Assembly (NCBI GenBank): GCA_043228905.1
Contig: JBHGNT010000017.1
Span: 12,462,001-12,526,000 of the forward strand
Origin: Azolla caroliniana
Lineage: Eukaryota; Plantae; Polypodiophyta
Reading direction: 5' to 3'
DNA: 64,000 nucleotides
Shown here: positions 13,301 to 26,500 of the stretch, one piece after another
Position numbering within the stretch: position 1 is the first letter of the stretch
Layout: each line of letters opens with the position of its first letter
Program-made: the position numbers and the translations under genes
The notes under the pieces: model-generated
Databases searched by the model: none
What the model was told of the DNA's origin: nothing
What the model saw: the letters and a program-made list of their open reading frames with translations, nothing else

Positions 13301-16300
13301 TGTTGAGATATCAAGCTAAACTACATTTAGTTAGTTAGTCAACACATGTAACTTAGTAGTTACCTAGATAGAATCTAGTTAGTGTGTTGACCTTAAAGCC
13401 TTAAATAGGATTTTGTACTTGACTGGGATACATTGTAGATCCTGCACTCCCATGTTCATTTAATATAGGACTTACACCTTTGTGCCTATATTCTACTCAC
13501 ACGTGCACCTTTGCACATGAGATGTGTATATATCTCGTTTTGGGTATTTTTGTATTTGATGATGCTTTTTCATATACACTCTCGTTAATCATGCCCCATT
13601 TATATTTTTGTTCATAAGTGTATCTTCCTCTTTCTCTTCCTCTCACACACATACACACACATATCACATAACCTTCCGCTACTTAACTTAATCACATAAT
13701 TAGGTACTAATTAACCCTTGCTTAATTATCTAATTATTAACATGGTATCAGAACGTGTGGTTTAGCACATCCACTAAGCCCAACCCACTCTTAGTGCTTG
13801 TGTGTTTGAAACGCCGATGGCAAATCTAGCTATCCGCTACCGTAGTGCCACTACGTAGCACATGTACGTGATCGAAGACAAAGAAAGAAAGAAGAAGAAG
13901 AGAAGACACTATTCAACATGAACACACAAATGGGTAGCTCGCTCCCTAATGAAAAGCTAGACCGGAGCAATTATTCATCTTGGGAGTACAAGATGAACTA
14001 ATACCTAGTCGGCCAAGGGTATTGGAGCTACATCAACGGTGCACAAGAAAATCAACCCAACCCAAAAAACGTTGACTACTCAACATGGGAACAAGCGGCG
14101 AGTCGAGTCATTTATTGCTTGGCACCATGTGTCCTTGGTCACATGCTTAGCCACATTCGAGACACCAAGACGCCAAAAGAGGCGTGGGAGAATCTCAAGA
14201 CAATTTTTGCCACCAATACAACAACACACAAGCTTCAACTCCAGCAAGAGTTAAACAACATACGACAAAAGGATATGTCTAGGTTGGACTACACCGCCAA
14301 GATCAAGAGCATTTGCGACTCGCTTGGCTCCATCAACATAAACGTCGACGAAAACGAGATGATTCAAGTATGCTTGGGCGGCCTCACACAACGATTCGAC
14401 TCATTAAGGACGGCTATCCTAGCAAGGGAAAACCCTCCTTCATTCTTCAACTTTCAATCAATGTTATTGGTTGAAGAGAACAATGCCCGAATCAAGACCA
14501 AGACGTCAGAAGGACAAATGTTCTTCTCAAATTCGGATGGTGGCCGAGGACGAGGTCGAGGCGGTAGAAAAGATCGATTCGACCCATCTCAAGAAGGGAA
14601 CTCAAACCTTTGAGAAGAAGATGGAAGCCATCGAGGAACCTTCAGAAGAAGGGGGAGCTTTCATGCCGAACAAGGTTGGCAAACAAGGCCTGCCACTAGC
14701 AACTATTGCGGCAAAATCGGCCACCACGAAGAGGAGTGTCGGAAGATAAGAGGTGAGTCAGCTTCGACAAGCTGACAACTCACAAACTATGCCACAAACT
14801 CCGAATAGGACGAATCAAGTGGACTATTTGTAATGAGACATAGAGTGAACTCTATGATGACCGCCGACTCCACAAGCACCTCCAACTCGGAAGACATGTG
14901 GTTCGTCGACTCCAGCCGTCACAACAAGAGTGGTTTCATGACTTCATAGAGACGGGAGACAACATCACACATCCCATTTGGCAGAACGGCAACGTTCCAT
15001 TCGGCAAAGGCGGCCAAGACAATTGCATCAAGAATGTCTTGCATGTTCCGACCATAACAAAGAATTTTGTCTCGGTCAGCCAAATTGTGGAGCAAGGCAT
15101 GCAAGTTCGTTTCAACAATGAAGGATGCTTCATCGAGAAAGATGGCCAACTCATATCTAAGGGATAGAAAGACGACGGAATGGTCATTCTCGATTCGAAC
15201 GAGGTGAAATTGGCCTTGTATGCCAAAGGTCGCAAAGCCGACACCGACATCGAGTTGTGGCACGAGAGAATCGGCCACATCAACCTCCAACGGCTCCGAG
15301 CTATGCAAACAAAGCGAGTTGTCATCGGACTTCTGACCTTCGAGTTGAAACGAGTTGACCGAGTATGCGAAGCATGTCAACTCGGCAAACAACATCAACT
15401 CCCATTCCCGAAGGAGAGCTTCGTAAGCAAAGGCCTCCTTGAAGGCATACATTCGGATGTATGGGGACCGGCTCAAACGCCGACGATCGGTGGATGCCAA
15501 TACTATGTTTCCATCATCGACGACTATTCCTACGACATGTGGATCTTCGCAATGAAGAAGAAGAGTGAAGTGTTGTCCCACTTTCGAAATCTCAAGAGCC
15601 AGGTCGAAAAAGAAACTGGTCCCCACATTCGATGCCTACGATCGGATGGAAGCAATGAGTACTTCTCAGACGAATTCATCTCCTACCTCCAAGGTGAAGG
15701 TATTTGGAAAGAATTCTCATGCCAATACACACCCCAACAAAATGGAGTCGCCGAAAGAAAGAATTGACACATACTCGAGGTAGCATGCACCATGATGCAT
15801 GAGAATCACATGTCCAACTTCTATTGGGCCGAAGCGGTATTCACGGCGGTCTATCTCATGATCCGGTGCACCACCAATGGAGTGCATGAGCTAACTCCAT
15901 ACAAGGTCCTTGTTGGAAGGAAGCTGATCTGTCACATTGCGAATGTACCAATCCCGAACGAAAACCTATTGAAGCCCGACGCGAAGTCAAAGAAATGTAT
16001 CCTTGTAAGATACTCGTCCGAGACAAGTGTTATAACCCTTCGACTCGAGTAGTTCAGGTGAGTCGAGACGTAGTCTTCGACAAATCAGCATCATCGTATG
16101 AGCTCGATTCGGCGCCACCTGACCCGGCCGATGAAGAGTTGAACGTCAACTCGGAGTATGATATTCAGCCAAGTGCTAAGTTACCAAAGGACAATCCAAG
16201 CTCTACCGAGCTAAGTCGCCCACAGGAGCCTTCACGCGACCAGAGCACGTTGTGGCCAAGTCCGAAACTGGACAAAGGCAAAGGTAAGATGCCCGAATAC

Positions 16301-17099
16301 GAAGTCGACCACACCTAACGACATGGATTGTAGAGAAGGCGCTCACATCGGCAAGATAAAAACTTCGACGCTCATCTAGAGAGAAGAACATTTGTCACTC
16401 GGCTAGGCTACAATGAGTATATGGTCCATCATTATGCCTTCGTGATGAATGTAGTGGCCAAACAAGAGCCTGAGCGCTTTACCAAAGTGGCTCGTGACCC
16501 ACGATGGGTGGACACAATCGGCCTTTGCCCATTTCACACTACAAGCCTTCGTCACTAACTTCAAAGGGAGGAACCGAATTTGCCACGAAAATGCCAATGC
16601 CGAAAGCCTAATAGAAGCCGACATCGAAAGCCGGATAACTCCGAAAGCAAAACCTGATGTTAAACACCTCACACTTGAGCTTGAGGGGGTGTGTTGAGAT
16701 ATCAAGCTCAACTAGATTTAGTTAGTTAGTCAACACACGTAACTTAGTAGTTACCTAGATAGAATCTAGTTAGTGTGTTGACCTTAAAGCCTTAAATAGG
16801 ATTTTGTACTTGAGTGGTATACATTTTAGATCCTTCACCCCCATGTTCATTTATATATAGGACTTACACCTTTGTACCTATATTCTACGCACACATGTGC
16901 ACCTTTGCACATGAGATGTATATATACCTCATTGTGGGTATTTTTGTATTTGATGATTCTTTTTAATATACATTCTCATAAATCATCCCCCGTTTATATT
17001 ATTGTTCATAAGTGTATCTTCCTCTCACACACATATCACATAACCTTCCGTGGCTTAACTTAATCGCATAATTAGGTACTAATTACCTTATTATTAATA
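13301..17099 (+). mobile_element. Copia (second family) internal-deletion derivative lacking RT and RNase H
   Basis: LTRs 13301-13742 and 16692-17099 (TGTTGAGATATCAAGC...). PBS TGGTATCAGA at 13743, PPT TTGAGGGGGTG. gag EKLDRSNY and integrase TPQQNGVAERKN. Flanks GTTAG/GTTAC form a near-TSD. Confidence 0.92.
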
Positions 17100-17466
17100 G
17101 TTACGAATATGTCTGTCCTATGGGAGGAGCCGACTATTTGAGCCAACAGTCGAAGTCAAGGAGTAGCCGATTAGTTGGGCCAAGGGCCCGCAATCAATGA
17201 CATGGAGAGTCGACTAAGAGGGAGTCGACAATAGATGATCCAAGTCGAGGACAAGACTGACTAGTTGGGCCGACTGGACAGTCGACACAAGTGTCGACTA
17301 GTCGAATCGACTGGACGACCAATCGGCTGATTAACTGCTATTGTTATTACTATAATAATAGAAGTGATAGTACTAGGGACTACAATTGTAAATAGCCCAT
17401 AGAGTGTATAAGTATAAATACACCTAGGGCAAAACCTTAGAATTGTAGATGATGAATAGAGTTTCT

Positions 17467-18310
17467 TGTTAGGAACCAGGTCCCTCCAGATGGGAAGTGA
17501 GAAGAACAGTGTTGATGAGCAACTCGGCCGAGGCCGAATCCGGATGTGGAGCACCCGGCAACGGAAGACCCGGTGAGAACCGGATGTGGAGCATCGGGCA
17601 ACGGAAGAGCCGGTGAGAACCGGATGTGGAGCATCGGGCAACGGAAGAGCCGGTGAGAACCGGATGTGGAGCATCGGGCAACGGAAGAGCCGGTGAGAAC
17701 CGGATGTGGAGTACCCGGCAATGGAAGACCCGGTGAGAACCGGATGTGGAGTACCCGGCAATGGAAGACCCGGTGAGAACTAGGTGACGAGTACCCGGCA
17801 AGGAAGGCCCGGTGAGAACCGGATGTTGTAGGCCCGGTGAGAACCTCTCATCAGATGGAAGGGACATATATGTAAATATGTTCTAGAGAGCCCACTGGGG
17901 CCATATTTGTAAATAGCCTGAAAGTCATATTAGTATAAATATGACCTAGGGCAAACTTGATAGTTATGATGATAGAGTTATTGGTGTAACCTCTGTATAG
18001 TGCGTAAGTGAGAGAGAGAGAGAGAGCGACATACAGAGATTGTGTCTCTGTTGTAACCGTCGTTAGGCGAAGATTTTGAGCAAGAGGTCACTGCCTCTAT
18101 GCTCCCTATTGTATTACTTTACTGAATGATAGTTTGGAGTCTGTGGACTCCCGTGGTTTTTCCCTCTCAGGGTTTTCCACGTTAATATCCTGTGTATTCT
18201 CTCTTTCTGTTCGTGCACTTACCTCCATTCCCATTTCTTCTATGTTCGATTGTTATCAAGTGATTTACCCTTCGGTTGTCGCTAGAGATTATTCCGCGTA
18301 TTCCACGTCA
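17467..18310 (+). mobile_element. Copia solo LTR with perfect TSD
   Basis: TG...CA bounded by TTTCT at 17462-17466 and 18311-18315. Shares promoter and U5 blocks with LTR 4541-5156. Confidence 0.92.
17541..17844 (+). repeat. About 7.5 x 40-bp tandem repeat in U3 of the solo LTR
   Basis: Unit cggatgtggagcatcgggcaacggaagagccggtgagaac with a period of 40. Confidence 0.93.
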
Positions 18311-18699
18311 TTTCTTTAGTTTAGGTTAGAGCAAGATAGAAGAAGAGAGACGTTTGAGAGCGTGCGCAACACCATAGTTGTGTGTGTAATAGTAGACACC
18401 AAGAGCCCTATTTGGCTAGTACACTTTGTAAGAGAGTGTTGTAATCAGTTTTATCCTTCTCCTGTATATCCACTATAATAGTGAATATATGTTCTCCCGT
18501 GGTTTTCTCCCTAGTTTAGGGCTTCCACGTAAAACATTGTGTATTGCGCCTACTCTATCTATTTGTTGTTTTCTATTTCTACATTATGTATTATCACTTG
18601 TTCTTTCTCATAAACCTAAGATCCCATCTCAATACTTTGCACCATGAAAACATCATTTTCTGACTCATGTGTGAGTGGTGGAGATGACATCGTCAAGGT

Positions 18700-19026
18700 A
18701 ATAGTGCAACACCAACAATATTTATATAAATATATTAACAAGATGAAAGATTAAGATAGATTGAACAGAATTAACCAAAGACAGAGACAAACTGGAAGAA
18801 TCAATAACAACAACGGAGGCAGAGAGAGGCACACAAAAATACTCTATATTATTCAAAATGTTAGTTACAACAAAAATGACGACATCATTTACAAAGTGGT
18901 TACAAAGTTTGGTTATGTATTAACCAAACTAGAGCAATTGCCTTTTATACTATTTACAAGAATAGCTTAACTTATTTTGTCCAATGAGATAATGTGAATA
19001 TGTCCATTATATGACTATATTCAACA
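18700..19026 (-). repeat. Possible decayed Copia-type LTR remnant
   Basis: The reverse complement begins TGTTGAATA and has GTATAAAAG and a CT-rich tract. No far end or TSD found. Confidence 0.3.
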
Positions 19027-20399
19027 CAGAGCATGGGCAACCTTCATTTTGAAATGACATGGAACGTTGATGCCGGGATTGCAAGGAGGCAATATACAAT
19101 GGTGTTATCTCCCGCCAAAATGGCTCTTCCCATTGAGAATTCCCCCACCATGCAACATCCCCCCATCGTCCGTAGATTGTAGAAAGATCACTCTACTAGG
19201 ATTCACGAGTTAATCGAAGCCATACACCTCTATATGAGGCTTGGTTGTTATACATATGATACCTCTTGTATTTCTTCCTAATTAATGGGTAGCCTTTTTT
19301 TTGGGAAAAAAAAGAAAAAAGTTTAGTTTAATATTTTTTTTCTCATGTAAGTTTTAAAATGCATTCATTGATATTATCATTGTTGAAGAATATCTCAATG
19401 CACATAATAATCTTGTTTGTAAAATTTTATAACTAATGCAAGGATTTTTTTTGGAAAAATAAATAAATAAATAAATAAATAAATATGATACTATAGTCTG
19501 CAATGTACATTTCTAGGTAGTGTCAACTAAAAAATGAGGCTCCTCATTAATATTAGAGAAAGTTAATAACACAAGGAAAATCTATCAAACATTTTATTAT
19601 TTCATAATCCCCAAGTCCTTAAGCCTACTAATGCGTAGCTAAATTTAATTTTTATTCAATACATGAAACTGGGAGTTGTTTGTATACACCTTTAACAATT
19701 ACAATAGTTTTCATGAATATGTACTTATTATAACCTGCAACTTTATTTATTTAAAATCTAAGAGGCGTGCCCAAACATTATTAGGATTGAGAATATCTAG
19801 TCACATATTTGTATCAAATCTATTATATAAGTATTATAATCTACAATGTAGATTATGTAGTAAGTATCTACTAGTAAAGATGAACACCACGTAAAAAATA
19901 TGTGGAATATATATCAAACATTTTATTCTTTTAAGACACCTTAAATTCTTCTCCACCTACTATTCTTTAGCAAAATTAAAGTTTTATTGAATATTTTGAG
20001 AATTCATATTTATCCATTTCTAAATTCAATAATTTGTTATGGATTTCTAAATTTAAGAGGCATGCCTAGATACTATTGCATTGCATACCATGGCAAATCA
20101 ATTATTGAAATTTTCGTTTGCTCTTCTCTAGAGGCTAGCATTATACTTATTAATACATTTCAAATTACTATTTGATCAAAAAGGTAGATAATTGGAATCA
20201 TAGTACGTAATATATGCATTTGTCCAAATATATTTGTAAACGAATGCGTATATTATCCAAATATACTTATGTTACTTTTTACTTGTTTAGGGTGATTTCG
20301 TTGCATCACAGAGGGCTGAACATTGTGCACAGTGCACATCTTCTCCCGCCATCAATTTTTGCACATCATCGCCACACCAAGGTCCTCTCCTCTCCCATC

Positions 20400-21380
20400 T
20401 AGATATGTTTAGGGTTACTAATAGGGTTTAAACTTTACGTCATAATATGTAGTACAAAAATTATGAAGTTATGAACCATACGCACAAAAATTACAATAAA
20501 TAGAAATAGGGTTAAAATTTAATACACATAAATGAAATAGGGTTAATACACACATAAATGAATTTTGAAATAAGGTATTATGGTTAATACACACCTTATA
20601 GCGTACATGAAACACATATACAAAAATGGAAATATACACAAGTGACAAGCATGCACAGAAATTACAATTTACAATAAACATTGCATATATACATGTACAT
20701 ACACATACATATTACATATAGAATTAAAAATATACATACACACATGCATGAAAAACACATGAAATAGGGTTAATAAGACCCACATACATACATTTACATA
20801 TAGAATTATGTTATTAACAATACTCATACACACATGCATGAAGCACACATGAAATAAGGTTAAATTTTAATACATAGAAATTAACACACATACTTGAAAG
20901 TAGCAATACATAGAAGTAAGGTTAATACACACATACATGAAAGTAGCAAGGCCTAGAAAACATACATGAAAGTAACAATACATAGAAATAAGTGTAAAAG
21001 AATACGTGTGCGGAAGCGTATGCGTAAGAACACAGAGTACACGGTTCGGAAGTACGACAATTTGGTAGAACACAAAAAACACAAAGAAAGAGAGGGAGAG
21101 AGATAGAGAGAGCAAAAACACAAAACTATATTCTTAAAAATTCTCTGTGTGTGTTCTTTGTACATATTTCGTGTACATAAATGAGTCTTCTACACTAACT
21201 CCCAAGACTATTCCTTACGAGGAATAACGTTCTAACGGCCTTTCGGTTTAAACACCGCCACGGCCATATTTTGCGTACGATTTTACGCACCCAATTTTGA
21301 GCTTGTCTCTCAACAAAAAGGTTAATACATACATACATCAAAGTAACAATGCCTAGAAATAGGGTTAATGCAGACATACT
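20400..21380. repeat. Degenerate AT-rich minisatellite-like array
   Basis: GAAATAGGGTTAA / TACACACATACATGAAA motifs recur at ~20502, 20533, 20761, 20851, 20915 and 21356. Confidence 0.6.
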
Positions 21381-22139
21381 TTGTCGCGGTATTCCGCACG
21401 GATGCGTGGAAACGGGGCAGGACCACGGGGGTCTTGAACCAAGGAATCGAGAAAGGAGCAAGAGGCATGCACGTCGCGTACACACAAACACTGTGAACAG
21501 ACAAAGAGCAGTAGGAAGGAGGTGGTCCTAGGTTTCAGACTCAATGTAGTACAAGAGAATAGCAACACGAGAACGACACAGTTGAAAAACAACGTAAAGC
21601 AATGGAATAGATTATCAATAGTAGTTACGACGCGCACGTGAAACGCAGGGAATACAGCCGGTTAGAGCCGGAACAAAGCTTTGAGCCCTAGAGCCGGGGA
21701 CCTCCGGCCGGGAGCGCGGGGGTGTCTGACGCGAGCCAAGGGTTCCTTCCAGGTTTTGGTTGTAGAGGTTCGGAAGAGAACGAGAGAGCTAGCTACTTCT
21801 TCTTGTTCGACAACGTCTTCTCCTCCTCAAAACCCTCAATCCTTCAAATTGTCTGAGGCCACCCCTTTTATAGCACGAGCAACCATTACATCAGGTTTAA
21901 TGACCTCTCGATATCCCCTCCCAGATTCTCTTCTTGATGTGCTCTCGCTATCTCACCTTTGTTCTCCCCCACCAACATGATATTAAATCCTCTATTAATG
22001 CCTAACTTCCTAGTAATCCACAAAACCTACCGACACCTAGTATTTACATGAATTAGTACAAAAAGGGGGTGCACTTGTGCACACCTGCGTTCCCACGCAT
22101 TTGCGACGATTCCCCCTATGGCCCGGAATCTTCACGACA
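21381..22139 (-). repeat. 3' LTR of the host Gypsy
   Basis: TGTCGCG at 21381 and CACGACA ending at 22139, adjacent to the PPT complement TCCACTCCCACCAAACC. Confidence 0.85.
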
Positions 22140-23599
22140 TCCACTCCCACCAAACCACACATCCTCCGGTATGTGCTAGGTAGCGAGTTTAGTGGAGGAT
22201 TCCAGGGCCAGCCATTACTCGTCCTCTTGGTCCGAGTCATCGCTTTCGACTCCTATCGTCGGGTCCGGTTCCTCTTCGTTCCGCCTTTTGAAGGCCTATA
22301 TACGCTTCCCTGCTACCGGTGTCGTCATTTGGGTCTCATCGAGCTCCGCAAGATGGTATGTCTCATTGTCATTTGCACAATTCACCACGTACGGCCTAAA
22401 CCACTGTTTTGCAAACTTACGCGTAGACCGATGCTAGCTGTCGAGGTTGTTGTCGTAGACCAGCACCCAGTCGCCTTCCTCGATCTTCTTTGGCCGGAGT
22501 CGATGCAATTAGTCGAACCTGGCCTTGCTTCTACTCCGTGCCTCTTTTACCCTTTTTGTTACCCGTTCCACATCTTCCGCCCTTCGCTCGAGTTGTTGGA
22601 TGCGTGCCACCAACAACTCTTCTCGGCTCATTTCATCGGCCCAATTGACCGACATCCAAGAGGTAATTGTTCGTTCCACCAGCATGATGGGTTTCTGCCT
22701 GAACATGAGCTCTGTAGGCATGTATCCGGTCACCGAATTGTGAATTGTCCTATCTGCCCATAGTGCGTAAGACAGTAGTCTTGGCAAGTCTCCGACTTGT
22801 CCTTCGTATGCGCGTACTATGGCTTTTACGATCGGTTCATGACCCCACTCGACCTTCTAGTTTGCTTTTGGGTTGTACGCCGTTGTGAGGGTCATATTCA
22901 CCCCTAGTCAATCAAACAGTTCCTTGGCCTCCTTTGCATCCAGCTCTCCTTGATCGGCCACAATCTTTCCTACGCACCCGTACCAACATACAACATCTTC
23001 AATCAAAAACTTGCACACGATCGCAGTGGTTTTGTTTGTCAATGCTCGGCCCTCCACCTAGTTTGTCAGATCTTCCCTTGCTAGCACCAGGTATTGCATC
23101 TGTCCTACTCCCATCGGCATCGTCACCAATTTAACCATCCACTTGATGTGTATGGTCCGCGGGTAAGTCGGGTGGAGCTCGTTGCGGTGTCAAACCACTG
23201 AGTGCATCTGGTAGCTCTCACATGTCGACACGAAGTGGTGCACACCTTTATACATTCCCGACCATGAGTACCTATCCTTTAGCTTCTCGAACGTGGCCCA
23301 TGTACCCCGATGCCTAGACCAAGGGCTTTTGTGGAACTCCAATATCAGCTTCGCTTGATCCTCGGTTCGCCCTACTACCCGGAGTGGCGCGTCGTTTCGC
23401 CTCTTCGGATGCCTCTACATTTTCCTGTTTTGTAGGAAGTACTTGTACGCCCTCGTCCGGAGTTGACTCGCTTCCTCCCTTGTCCATGAAGCGTCTCCCG
23501 TCATCGTTATTAGGAACCTTCTAATTAGAAACCACTCCCCGTTGTAGTCGTTCTTGTCGAACTCGTTCAGGGGCGGAGTGCTTCGCCTATTTATCTTCA

Positions 23600-26500
23600 T
23601 CCGTGGACGGATGCACGTTGATTATAAACTATGCTTGTAAATAACCTAGGACTAGGCTAGGTTGCGTGACGTAGGAAACTTTAATAGGACGAATAAATCT
23701 AGGAGAATCTCTGTTCGAAATTATAGAGAATAACTACTTGATGTAACATCCCCCTCTCTCCTTTGGTCTATAAAAGGAGGGAGAGAGGACTAAGTTATGC
23801 GGCGGGGTATTGAGGAGAACGAATTGTTGTCGGATTGGGGACCGAGCGCTATTCTCAGTTTCATTCTCTATAGGAGCTCTTTACCGGACGCCTTTGTTCG
23901 TGCCGGAAGCTCGTGTGCTCCCAACAGAGGCTCCACATTGTATCTCGGAGTTGGGGTGTGTGCGTTGTTTGGTAAGTCGTGGCTCGGCTACCGGCGTGCC
24001 GGTTGCAACCAGTTTTTCTTAATTGATTGTGGTCCCCTTTTCTCTTCTAATTGTGTCTCGCGTCGCTCTAGTTTTGTCCAAGCCGGACGCACTCTGTGTT
24101 CGGGACAACCAACATCTTGCACGGCACACTTTCATTGTTTCTCTCCCTCTTTTTCGCACGCTCTTTGGTCCAGGGACCTTGTGGTCCCGCCTTCGTTTCG
24201 CACGCATATGCGTGGTTACGCGACATAACTTGGTGAACCCGGCGTGAAAAAGGTGGCAGAGGAGTGTGAAGATGAGGGGAACTAAACTCGCCAAAGCCAT
24301 GGAAGCAACAATACACCGACTAGTGAATTCTTGTGAAGGTACGGGTACGCTCGACCGGGCCATCGAAACTATCGTCGGCACAATAGCCCGGTTTGAAGGT
24401 AAGAATGCGACAAGCTATCTCGAGCCCTACCGGGCCAAAATGATAATGAGGGACATTCTGGAGGACAGACGGCGGCCCATATTCCCTCGGGTGGTGACGC
24501 CGAGCATCCACGCAGAGGTGCTCAAAATGCAGGTTGGTTGCCAGACTAGGAGGAGTTTGAAGGGCGGCTCCTTGAGAGGTATGGGTTCGATGACTCGCGT
24601 CGGATATCAAAACGGGAATTTATGGAATGGGTTGAAAGCCCCGAAAAGGGGAGGAACAAGTCAGTGCTCCTCCAGGAGTTCGAGAAATGGTTTGCTCGGC
24701 TCTCTGCATTGGACAGAACTGTGCTCGACACGAGCCGTGTCCTGTTATTTAGCAAGTCCCTGGATGCGCATGATTGGGAGAAGGTGGGCCCCCTATTGGA
24801 GATGGACAATGGGCTCATGGCCGACTAGGCCGTGGTAAAAAGGGTCTACAGCCATTTTGACAAACAGTGAGAGTGAAGACAAGAGGGTTGGTCTGTTGGC
24901 AACAGGACCGGCGACCAACAAGGAAGTTTGAGGAGCCATTGCCAGCGCGAAAGGAAGAGACTCGAAGTTGGCTTGAGTCGGGCACTGCCCCGACCGGCGT
25001 CGTTAAAGGCCCATTTGGGGGAGCGGCTCTAGAAGAGCTAACGTAGATGGTACGTGATCTCCAGATCGCACAGGCCAGGACAGACAGTGGAGAACAGACG
25101 CGCGACCAGAGGCCTCCGACCGGACGACGATGCATGTGGTGCAACGCGGTCGGCCACAACAGAAGAGATTGCACGGAGTTTATGGAGGCACTCAAAAGCA
25201 ATTTAGTGTACCTCTAGAATGGCCAGGTGCACGAGAGCGAAACCCGGAGAGCTCTAGAGCTTAATATCGGGTACGACGGAATGAAGCGGTTGATGGAAGA
25301 AGCCGCAGCGCACCACGCCAAAGCCATCCACTATTTGGCATCGGTTGGGATCCGGGTTGGAAGTGATGGCAGCCAGAAGATGAACGACTCCGGATTCTAG
25401 CCATCGGTGCTAGAAGGCCTCTCCGGAGTGCATCTAAGGAGGGAGGAAGCGGACCACGCAAAGAAGCGGGTCCGGGAGGTCATGGGATGGGACGATTCGG
25501 TTGAAGAGAAGATCAGTTTAGTGGAGGTTGCGTGCTAGAACTACGAAGTTCTGGTGGAAGATAAGCAAGCAGGAAACGGCAAAGGGGCCGGACCCTTTGG
25601 TCGGTACGAGACGCAGAGCGTGCCGGCTCGCAGGAAAAGGTAAAGCAGGCAGGTTACTGGCAGCGCACGGAAATAGAAAATGCGACGGAGTTGTAGAAGG
25701 TCCTTCGGGAACGGATCTTCGACAACAAGGTGGAGTTGTCGTTGAGGGAAGTGCTCAGAATCGCCAAGAAGGAGTTCCACGATTCCATTCTGGATTTGGT
25801 GAAGCGTAAAAGGCTCACGACGGTGCCAGAGCTGGAGAAGCCCATGAAAGTGTAGACGACGCACTTAGGGGACGCGCACCAGTTCATGTTGACCTTTGAG
25901 AGCTGCTAGATGCATTCCACAATCCGGCACAGAGATGAGCTACACTGACCTACAAGACCTGACAAACCAGGTGGAGGGCCGTGCACTGCAGAACAAGACA
26001 ACTACGACCGTGTGCCGGTTCCTGATCGAGGAGGTGATCTGCTAGTACGGTTGTGTAGGGAAGATCGTGGCTGACAGGGGAGAGCTAGACGCGCAAGAGG
26101 TCGAAGAGTTGTTCGGCCGGTTAGGGGTAAAACTCTTCCGCACTACAACATACAATCTGGAAGCGAACGGGAAAATAGAGGGCGGACACGGGCCACTCGT
26201 AAAGGCGTTAGTACGGGCGTGCGAGGGGCAAGTCGGGAATTGGCCATGGCTCCTACCTTACGCCTTGTGGGTGGACTGAACTATGCTCATGCCAACAGAG
26301 CTTATGTACAGGCAGAAGCCGATCATGCCAATGGATCAGACGATTTCTTCGTGGGCGCAATTGACTAGGCGAACGAAATGAGCCGGGTGGAGCTATAGGC
26401 GGTGCGTATTCGACAGCTCGAGTGGAGGCCGGAGGACGTGGAACGGGCAAAGGAGAAATTGTATGCGGCACGGAAGAAGAAGAAGGTTCAGTTCGACCAG

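Larger units (their letters stand above)
11701..18634 (+). mobile_element. Decayed Tnt1/Tto1-like Copia (INT-RT linker, RT, RH, and a 3' LTR interrupted twice)
   Basis: RYPLRERR, FAPVVKMTSI, LYVDDM and RNase H fragments. PPT GAAGGGGGAG at ~13283-13292. LTR pieces at 13295-13300, 17105-17466 and 18316-~18634. Confidence 0.82.

Noticed and set aside
19030-20400. Possible host gene or exon in the AT-rich interval
   Set aside because: Only short ORFs with no recognisable domain or convincing splice structure.
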